64,000 nucleotides of DNA from a virus. The position numbers and the translations under genes were made by a program. The stretch spans positions 1-64,000 of IMG/VR virus record IMGVR_UViG_3300020156_000448. One strand, 5' to 3'. Positions 56,784 through 64,000 of this stretch are shown piece by piece. Positions within the stretch are counted from its first letter, which is position 1. Each line of letters begins with the position of its first letter. The notes beneath the pieces are model-generated. The model was not told the DNA's origin, ran no database searches, and worked only from the letters and a program-made list of their open reading frames with translations.

Positions 56784-57586
56784 TAGTTTCCTCTTTTTGA
56801 TCTAAGATTATTTTTCCAAGAAGCACTCACAGTACCCTTTCCGCCTTCAGTTCTCTCTGGATTATCTTTATAAAATGCTAGATTAGCTCTTGCATTTTCT
56901 TTTTGGCGGTTGTTAATCTCACGATAAATCTTAATATCATCACCCTGCCACGTTCCTTCTTTGCGAGAACCTACGGAAGGGGCGGTGGCATCATCAAGCT
57001 GACCTTCAGTTAGAATCATTACTTCTTCATCAACCTGAGCTTCCGCTAGCTGGCGTTCCGTAATTTCTTCCACATCGCCTTCGCGATTGTTCTTACTCTT
57101 GTCCAATTGATTTTCTGTAAGCTCATTGCATTCATGATCCTTATGACCGACATCAACCACATCATGCTTTTTAACATCACTTAACTGCTTTTCAGTTAAA
57201 TCCAAAGCGCTATCATCAACCTTCTTATCGGCAATCGCTAGATTATACCAAGTCTTCTTATTCTTTTTTGTGGCATCAATGGCTGAGGCTGTAATAAGCA
57301 TAGCTTTTCCAGCGACTTTGCTAGGAAACAGTTTTTGCTTTCTTGTTAAGACTTCTTCACCTTTAATCTGCTTAATGTTGCGCACCAATTGTGCATAAGC
57401 AGCTTCAACATCCTTAAACATTTTGTAAGGCATGTTACCAGCAGCTAATGCTGCCTGTGCTCTCGATAGTAGATTTTTACCTGATTCAAGAAACTGATTC
57501 AAGTCATCTCCTTGCATCCAATTCTTATAAAGAGTATCTTCTTTATTGATTCTCTCTAGTTCGAAAAGTAATTGATTCGCATCCAT
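56783..57586 (-). CDS. Probable head-associated protein with TExQL repeats
   Basis: LTEKQL, LTENQL, ITERQL, LTEGQL. Confidence 0.55.
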   Translation of the reverse strand: MDANQLLFELERINKEDTLYKNWMQGDDLNQFLESGKNLLSRAQAALAAGNMPYKMFKDVEAAYAQLVRNIKQIKGEEVLTRKQKLFPSKVAGKAMLITASAIDATKKNKKTWYNLAIADKKVDDSALDLTEKQLSDVKKHDVVDVGHKDHECNELTENQLDKSKNNREGDVEEITERQLAEAQVDEEVMILTEGQLDDATAPSVGSRKEGTWQGDDIKIYREINNRQKENARANLAFYKDNPERTEGGKGTVSASWKNNLRSKRGN

Positions 57587-57597
57587 TTTGCCTCCTG

Positions 57598-59565
57598 TTA
57601 AGCGCCACCATTATATGAATTAAAGTTATTCATTCTCTGAAATATAGATTGCCCAGCTCCGCCGCGATTTCCTGCACCATTTCCAGAAATGCTTGGGAAT
57701 TGATTTCCACCCAAAGGAAGATTCATAACTCTAGATGTTAAAGCCTTTCTTGAGGTTCTTTCAGTACTTAAAAAACATGCTCCTGCAAAGCAGTCAGCGA
57801 CATCCTTAGTTTTAACTACTCCTGCATGATTCGCAACAATATTTGGTCCTCTAGCTGTTCGCTTAACTCTTAAGTTCTGCAATTCAACCTTTAATTGTAA
57901 ATCATTTTGACAAGCAATTACTCGCCCATCCAACATAATTGTTCTTAGGTTGTCATATATCTCACGAGCTTTATTACCATTGAATGATAGCAATCTTACA
58001 GGCAGTCCTCTTCTTCTAAAAAAGCTTATAGATTCAGTACTTTGCATACCATCATAAGAGAATGAAACTACTCTGAACTTCCTTGCTACATCAGCAATGT
58101 AATGAAGTATCTCATTAATTGTATACTCCTTACCTGTCTCATTATCCACAAAATGTTCTGGATTTCTTTTGGATGGAGTCCAGAAAAAACTATCATCCTC
58201 GATATAGAAATTTTCATATTGATTAGTTTTAGGATTAAATCTATACTCGTAATGGATAATACAATAAGCGTAATTACAAGTTTTAAAAGCGCAGTCGATA
58301 TGCATATAATATTTAATCATTGCATTTTCAGGACCAGGTTTCTTAGCGATATTTTCTGGATTAGCAAATGCGTATTCCACAGCAGTTTCTGGAAGATAAA
58401 CATCTGCACCTTCGTCTACAAACTGAGCACCAAATAGCTTATCGAATGATAAACCTTCAGCATCCTCTTCGTAGATCATATCGCTTTCTAAGAATTCCTT
58501 GGTCATGTCATTTCTCCACTCCCAAGTAGGCATCTGAATTACTAAAAAGTTATCAGCCTGAGGAAGTCTACCTTGATCAAAGTTCGTCCAAAACTTCCCT
58601 TCTTTTTTATTAGGCATTGATGTCATCATAACTCTACCAGCCTCTGGATGAAGAGCACGGTAGGTTGTCGTCTGCGCCAAGATAGCTTCCAAGAGCTTTG
58701 TATCGTTATCTTTTCCGTCTGTATTAAAAAGCGCAAACTCATCGAAATAAGCGAGAATGGTAGCAGTTCCGTGGAGGGCTGCTGAATTAGAGTGAATAGC
58801 TGCAACTTCAATAGAACCCTTCAGTTGAACGTTATGCATCCCCATTGCTTTTTGTCTTTTGTATCTCTGCTCATCAAATTCAGTCCTATAGAATACGGTT
58901 TCTTCTTCTGGAGTATATCTAGCTTCTAGCAAAGGACTTTCCATTGCACGTTCCTTGTGCATTTTAAGACCAGTGTTTTTAGCCTGCGTTAAACTCGTTG
59001 CTGCTATAAATATACGAAGTGGCTCTGCTCCGCGCACGCCCAAATATCCTTGAGGATGATTTAAGCATTTAGAACCACAATCAGGACAAAGCTCTCCGCT
59101 TTGCACCGGCTTCATGTCCTTACATTTAGGACATACTATCATAGTAATAAGTTTATATACCTCATAAGCTGTTATAGCGCTACTAAGGAAGGTCTTTCCT
59201 GAACGACGCCCTAGTGCCATAACTAAATACTGAAATGGTTTTGTGATCTCTCCGCTTTGTACCTTTTTAGCCTTAGCCAAAAGCCAAGGATTGCCTTGAC
59301 CATAATTATCAATCTTCTCAATAAGCTCAAGGTCTTCGTCAGTAATTTTTATACTTTCGTTGCCAGGAGTATTGATATAAAATAATTTAAGAATTAGTTT
59401 AGCGTATGGGAAAACACCAAAATCTAAACCTAAGTCTTCCACAAACTGCAATATACTCATCAAGCCTGATGACGATGAACTCTTTTTCTCGTATAGCTTT
59501 TTCTTTACCATGTCCGCAAGCATTTGATCTAAATCAATTACTTCGGACTTATTTTTAGCTGCCAT
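57598..59565 (-). CDS. terL: Terminase large subunit
   Basis: Walker A GRRSGKT; Walker B AYFDEFA; coupling motif MTS; RNase H-like YMHIDCA and KDVADC; zinc-finger insert CPKC...CPDC. Confidence 0.92.
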   Translation of the reverse strand: MAAKNKSEVIDLDQMLADMVKKKLYEKKSSSSSGLMSILQFVEDLGLDFGVFPYAKLILKLFYINTPGNESIKITDEDLELIEKIDNYGQGNPWLLAKAKKVQSGEITKPFQYLVMALGRRSGKTFLSSAITAYEVYKLITMIVCPKCKDMKPVQSGELCPDCGSKCLNHPQGYLGVRGAEPLRIFIAATSLTQAKNTGLKMHKERAMESPLLEARYTPEEETVFYRTEFDEQRYKRQKAMGMHNVQLKGSIEVAAIHSNSAALHGTATILAYFDEFALFNTDGKDNDTKLLEAILAQTTTYRALHPEAGRVMMTSMPNKKEGKFWTNFDQGRLPQADNFLVIQMPTWEWRNDMTKEFLESDMIYEEDAEGLSFDKLFGAQFVDEGADVYLPETAVEYAFANPENIAKKPGPENAMIKYYMHIDCAFKTCNYAYCIIHYEYRFNPKTNQYENFYIEDDSFFWTPSKRNPEHFVDNETGKEYTINEILHYIADVARKFRVVSFSYDGMQSTESISFFRRRGLPVRLLSFNGNKAREIYDNLRTIMLDGRVIACQNDLQLKVELQNLRVKRTARGPNIVANHAGVVKTKDVADCFAGACFLSTERTSRKALTSRVMNLPLGGNQFPSISGNGAGNRGGAGQSIFQRMNNFNSYNGGA

Positions 59566-59584
59566 TTATATCACCCTTTTAAAT

Positions 59585-60433
59585 TTAACTATCCACTTCG
59601 TCGTCAGGATTGTTATTTACTGAATTAAACGCTTCTAGGAATTTGATCTGGTCTTCTGGAGATAACTTACTCAGCACCATTTCCAATTTCTTCTGGAATA
59701 TTTTGTTAAGTGTCTGTTTTGATTCTTCTGAAGACTGATCCATTCCAAGCATCTTTAATTTGAAATCTTGTATTTTAACAACGGCATCACTTAGGTTTTT
59801 TAAAACCTTAGATATTGCCAAATTCTGATCGATATTTTTAGGATTACTGTATACAACAAGCTCTTCTGCCTTTTGCATTAGAATTTCTTCCAACTCCATC
59901 AGTCTGTTAGGGAGTGTAGACTTCTCGCGCTCTCTGATGGCTTCCCGTAACTCTGTAAGTTTTTCTTTTCTCTTATAATCAACTTCTCTATAAATGGGCA
60001 TAAAGTGTTGATCCATATGGTTCTTAACCTGATCCCACCTAATTTCTTTTCCGTATTTCTCAAATATATACTTCTTGACTTCAGTAGGACTATATCTAGT
60101 CATTAAATAAATCTTATGGATTTGAGGATCATCAATTGCCAATTGACACACACGACAGTTAGACCTGAATGAAAAACCATGTTCTCCCTCTTCAGCCTTT
60201 TTTGTTCTAATGGTATCAATTTCTCGCTCTAAAGATTCAATCTCTCTAGTAGAGACCTTTTGTGGATTAAGATCAACATAGTCTTCATAATTCTTAACTA
60301 TATCTTCTCCCATACTTTCTCTAAGAACGTCTAAATCGTCATTATTAACCACTTTGTGGGGAGTGATTTCTCTTGGTTCAAATTCTTCTTTATTATCTTC
60401 AAATTCATTAAATTCGTCATCTAAATTTGGCAT
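59585..60433 (-). CDS. Putative terminase small subunit / zinc-binding DNA-packaging protein
   Basis: Immediately upstream of terL; CRVC...HMDQH motif followed by coiled coils. Confidence 0.55.
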   Translation of the reverse strand: MPNLDDEFNEFEDNKEEFEPREITPHKVVNNDDLDVLRESMGEDIVKNYEDYVDLNPQKVSTREIESLEREIDTIRTKKAEEGEHGFSFRSNCRVCQLAIDDPQIHKIYLMTRYSPTEVKKYIFEKYGKEIRWDQVKNHMDQHFMPIYREVDYKRKEKLTELREAIREREKSTLPNRLMELEEILMQKAEELVVYSNPKNIDQNLAISKVLKNLSDAVVKIQDFKLKMLGMDQSSEESKQTLNKIFQKKLEMVLSKLSPEDQIKFLEAFNSVNNNPDDEVDS

Positions 60434-60610
60434 CGCAAAACTTTCTCCTGTTCAGGTCATTTCCATATATTGATATAACTTTGATTATTTACCTTTTTTG
60501 GAGCCTGACAACATAGCAAGAAAAGCAATATAGCCTAATGCATCTAGATATGCCAAATTAAAACCATGGTAAAAAGTAGCTACTATCTAAATTAAAAAGA
60601 AATTGGGTAT

Positions 60611-60645
60611 AAAAAATGGGGATCGTTTTCAAAGCGATCCCCATT
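60611..60645 (-). terminator. Intrinsic terminator
   Basis: AATGGGGATCG/CGATCCCCATT stem; U tract on minus. Confidence 0.8.
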
Positions 60646-60655
60646 GGTAACTAAT

Positions 60656-61414
60656 TTATTTTTTAAATTTGCAAAACTTATGCGATTCGCCTGAAGCAGT
60701 TCTTATCTCATTATAAAATGGACATTTGGAAGCCCTGCAAACACTATGCACATTGATTTCTGTATCATATTTAGGACAATACGTGTATTCACTTCCATCT
60801 TCATATACTTCAGCTATAATCTCATTACCTTCAGTTGCTGCTTTTTTAGTAAAGGCTTTCTGAGTTTCAGGAAGCCAAATACCAAACCACTCATACCATT
60901 GATCCCAAGTTTGGCGTTCAAGCTCTGAAGAGGCGTAGGTAAATAAACTCTCTTCCTGTGCCGCTAATGAAAGATTTATAACCATATTCTCAACAAAAGG
61001 GGATAATGATTTATGAATCTCTTCGAGTACAGCTTCACTTCTTTGAGATTGTATATAAGCGATGCAAGCTTCTAATCCCAACTTATCAGCAGTAGATACT
61101 GGCATAATCTGACCAAGGCTTGTAGTGCATGTTAATGCTTTAACTACCTTCCTTGGGGGTTCACTGTACAGTGTTGCTTGTATAATGTGTCTAATATCAT
61201 CGTAGCTTTCTGGAGGTCGCTCGTCAGCTAAATTGCTATCAAAAGCCACCTTAATGGCAGCTTCAACAACATCATAATTGTGCCCCTCGGTTAGCAATCT
61301 ATGGGTAATTTGCTCAGCATTATAATCAACTTGTAGCTCTTTTACCTTAGCCACAACAGAGCGAACCATATCTTGCTTCCTTTTCGAGAGTACTTTCATT
61401 AATTGTTCGTACAT
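60656..61414 (-). CDS. Hypothetical protein with C-terminal Cys cluster
   Basis: CPK...C...CPF...FC. Confidence 0.6.
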   Translation of the reverse strand: MYEQLMKVLSKRKQDMVRSVVAKVKELQVDYNAEQITHRLLTEGHNYDVVEAAIKVAFDSNLADERPPESYDDIRHIIQATLYSEPPRKVVKALTCTTSLGQIMPVSTADKLGLEACIAYIQSQRSEAVLEEIHKSLSPFVENMVINLSLAAQEESLFTYASSELERQTWDQWYEWFGIWLPETQKAFTKKAATEGNEIIAEVYEDGSEYTYCPKYDTEINVHSVCRASKCPFYNEIRTASGESHKFCKFKK

Positions 61415-61440
61415 AGCAGTTTACGTCTTTAAGCTTCAGT

Positions 61441-62397
61441 TTAGTAAGCTTGGGCACCAAGTCCTATAATCTGATCTTGATTCAACTGCGCCTCATATAC
61501 AAACCCGCCTTTAGCTCTTCCAAGGCGATCTTGAGTAATACCCACAAGCAATCCGTTTCTGTTCGCTTTAACAACTGTGCCTCTTACAGGCATTCCATCT
61601 GCTTCGTACCATTCGAGGTTGCTACCAATAGTGATATCCAAGCCTCTAGCATCTTTATACGACAATTTAGATATATCTATGTAATCATCTTCTGTTTGCC
61701 ATTCAATTGAGCAATTTTCATTACGAGCAAACTTAATTAAGGGATCATTTGGATTAACTGTTGCCACTGTGCCAATTCCGCCTTCAGGTGTCCACTCATA
61801 CATGATGACATCATTTCTAGTAAAATTACCTGAAGCTGCAACTACAGCGTTCCAGGCGCTTCCATCCTCTAGATTGCCTTTAAGGGACGCATATACAGTT
61901 CCCTTATTATGCCAAATTCCGCCCTCTTCGCTAAGGTTCATACCTTTGTTTTTAATATATTCATATGTATTGGCAATGACATGCTGAAGCAATTCCTGAG
62001 AAACAAATCTGGAAGAACCACACTCGCAAGTAAATCCCTTTTGGAGATTTGCACGCTTGTAGTTATCTCCGCAACCTGCGCATTCAAACAATTTATCATT
62101 CTTATCTTCGTGAGCGCGTTTAATTTCATCTGTTGCAGTTACGGCAGTGCCACAATGATCGCATAGACCTTGACACTGATTAATTAAATAATCTTTAGTA
62201 AACATTTTACTGCAAGCTTCGCAAACGAAATCTGCATACTTAGACATCTCCGCTCTACTTTGCATCAAATTGGCTTCTCTGCGCTTATTAGCAAGCTTCT
62301 CGGTTAAGTCATTCAACCATGACCTGTCACCATCACGCTTATTTACAAGGCTATAATCATGGTGTTCCATAGATTTTTCCTCCAGGTTTTTATGCAA
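61441..62397 (-). CDS. Double zinc-ribbon protein
   Basis: CEAC/CDHC and CAGC/CECG. Confidence 0.65.
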   Translation of the reverse strand: MHKNLEEKSMEHHDYSLVNKRDGDRSWLNDLTEKLANKRREANLMQSRAEMSKYADFVCEACSKMFTKDYLINQCQGLCDHCGTAVTATDEIKRAHEDKNDKLFECAGCGDNYKRANLQKGFTCECGSSRFVSQELLQHVIANTYEYIKNKGMNLSEEGGIWHNKGTVYASLKGNLEDGSAWNAVVAASGNFTRNDVIMYEWTPEGGIGTVATVNPNDPLIKFARNENCSIEWQTEDDYIDISKLSYKDARGLDITIGSNLEWYEADGMPVRGTVVKANRNGLLVGITQDRLGRAKGGFVYEAQLNQDQIIGLGAQAY

Positions 62398-62438
62398 TAA
62401 ATCTTCAAATGATTTTTACTAAAGTCCTTTTATTAGTA

Positions 62439-62759
62439 TTAAAATTCATTATCATACAATGCATTAGCTAAGTACTTATTTATAATCAACTTGGGCATTT
62501 CTGTTTCAATATGCCTTTTTATATTCTGTGAGAAGGTATAATTTCTAAGATCAGAGTTATATACACCGTCACAAAACAAAATATAGGAGTCATTTACCAA
62601 ATCTTCAAAATAAGATTCGACTTCGAACTTTACCACATTAATCATAATTATCTTTTTAATGATTGGAAAATAATGATCCCACAGCTTATTAATCGCATTA
62701 GTATCATTATCTTCTTGAGCTAAATATACAAGATAATTAAGATTCTTCTGGGAAAGCAT
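62439..62759 (-). CDS. Small sigma-70 region-2-like protein
   Basis: LVYLAQ...AINKLWDHYFPII...EDLVNDSYILF...FSQNIK; lacks region 4. Confidence 0.6.
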   Translation of the reverse strand: MLSQKNLNYLVYLAQEDNDTNAINKLWDHYFPIIKKIIMINVVKFEVESYFEDLVNDSYILFCDGVYNSDLRNYTFSQNIKRHIETEMPKLIINKYLANALYDNEF

Positions 62760-63279
62760 CCTTTACCACATCCTTAAGAGCTTGCAGGTCTATGGAGCCA
62801 TATCTCTTTATTCCCCAAAATAATAAGCCTAGTGCATCGGCTTCATCTTCGCTCTCAATTTTCTTATTAAAATTAGTCTTTGCAGCCGCAATCATATCTT
62901 GCTTAGAAGCGCCACCATCTCCTGTTGCAGACAATTTAATTGTTGTTGGAGATATTCCCTGATATAAAATATTATTAACTGTACAGAATCGTTTTACAAT
63001 CCCTTGAAGTTCACCTTGCACTATTAGTGCACGAGACTGGGTTTTACTTCCCTTACTTCGAGCGCATTCAAATAAAACCAGATCAATGCCTAGCTCCAGC
63101 ATTTCGTTAAGGTTAGCTTCCATTCTAAGAAGGCGCATGTCCTTACTTTCATCTAATTTTATCTTACCGCAATCCCACGCTCCGCTTTTGACTTTCTTAG
63201 GACTAGCTGAATCCCAATATGCCCAACCCGTGGTCGATGCAACATCTAAACATAGAAGCTTCAATATAATATCCCTCAC
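62737..63279 (-). CDS. RuvC-like Holliday junction resolvase
   Basis: LCLDVASTTGWA, VLFE, PTTIKLSATGDGGASK, DEADA. Confidence 0.88.
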   Translation of the reverse strand: MRDIILKLLCLDVASTTGWAYWDSASPKKVKSGAWDCGKIKLDESKDMRLLRMEANLNEMLELGIDLVLFECARSKGSKTQSRALIVQGELQGIVKRFCTVNNILYQGISPTTIKLSATGDGGASKQDMIAAAKTNFNKKIESEDEADALGLLFWGIKRYGSIDLQALKDVVKDAFPEES

Positions 63280-63332
63280 TAATAGTGTATATAGATATTA
63301 TACTATATTTTTACTGCATTAGACCTATTTGA

Positions 63333-63620
63333 TTAATCTTCTGGCTCTTTAACTCTGAGTGTCCATTTATAAATCGAGCCATAATCACAGGTATCGCATC
63401 CATGACTATGTTCTCTATCAGGCTCTTCAAAATCGGCAGTTTTAAATAACTGCGATAATGCAATAATTGTTTTTGTCTTAAGCGGACAATATTCATACAT
63501 TCTTTGTGCAGATATTGTTACATAACCATTATCTCTAATAATTTTTAATTCGGTGGATTCAATGTCGTAACTATGTAAACCGTCAAAAATGATATTTTTT
63601 ATTTGTTCGTCAGTAATCAT
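63333..63620 (-). CDS. Hypothetical protein
   Basis: GCDTCDYG motif. Confidence 0.55.
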   Translation of the reverse strand: MITDEQIKNIIFDGLHSYDIESTELKIIRDNGYVTISAQRMYEYCPLKTKTIIALSQLFKTADFEEPDREHSHGCDTCDYGSIYKWTLRVKEPED

Positions 63621-63631
63621 CTTATTTCTTT

Positions 63632-63934
63632 CTAATTTAATAATAGAGAATGCTGTTGTTGACCATAAAACATAAACAAAAACTCAAGCAATAACTGATA
63701 TCGGCGTTCATTGGAAAGATTTTCTTTTCTTCCTAAAAGCTGAGCGTCACCCAAAAACCTATACATTAAGACAAGTTGATCCATTTGCTTTGATCTAGCC
63801 ACGTTGCACGCAATTTTTAACACAAAAGGGTGGGGTGGGGTGATTCCTTCCTGCCCATATTCAATTGCATCTTGCTTTATTGCATCTCTAATTGAAGTTG
63901 CGTCATGATATCCAATATCCATATACTTCTTCAT
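63632..63934 (-). CDS. Hypothetical protein
   Basis: 100-aa ORF. Confidence 0.5.
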   Translation of the reverse strand: MKKYMDIGYHDATSIRDAIKQDAIEYGQEGITPPHPFVLKIACNVARSKQMDQLVLMYRFLGDAQLLGRKENLSNERRYQLLLEFLFMFYGQQQHSLLLN

Positions 63935-64000
63935 TAAAATCCATGTTCTAGCCTTGATTAATAAATTATGAAATATTAACTCTGGATGGACTTCACGCTC

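Noticed and set aside
49445-59565. Inteins in the giant protein or TerL
   Set aside because: No intein N-terminal block, LAGLIDADG motif or HN-C/S/T splice junction was recognised.
1-64000. tRNA or rRNA genes to accompany the CCA enzymes
   Set aside because: No cloverleaf or T-loop signature was recognised by eye in intergenic regions; tRNAscan-SE is needed to be sure.
1-64000. Stop-codon reassignment
   Set aside because: Long intact ORFs and dense packing under code 11; TAA, TAG and TGA all terminate well-defined genes.

Overview
This 64-kb window is part of a large (jumbo-type) tailed dsDNA phage genome. It is almost entirely minus-strand, apart from a plus-strand island at about 2.4-8.2 kb. 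The right half is a virion/packaging region: RuvC-like resolvase, putative TerS, TerL, trypsin-like protease, three class II tRNA nucleotidyltransferase-family genes (one inside a 2025-aa multidomain protein), a PAS histidine kinase with receiver protein, DUF192, HAD phosphatase, three mosaic tail fibres, two sulfotransferases, a degenerate adenylate kinase and an endolysin. The left half is accessory: IMPDH/GMP reductase, metallophosphoesterase, NADAR and macrodomain ADP-ribose hydrolases, 13 small membrane proteins, ECF sigma factor, ankyrin protein and amidoligase. The most striking unexplained feature is an array at 15.4-18.6 kb. Seven small ORFs share a ~20-aa leader motif fused to unrelated cargo, and two cargos look like fragments of core phage proteins (major capsid; terminase Walker A plus a ribonucleotide reductase motif). 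Several non-coding palindromic repeat arrays are also present, including a 15-bp TGCGT-N5-ACGCA motif at both ends of the plus-strand island. No tRNA, rRNA, CRISPR, integrase or reverse transcriptase was recognised. All family calls come from motif recognition by eye, not from database searches.
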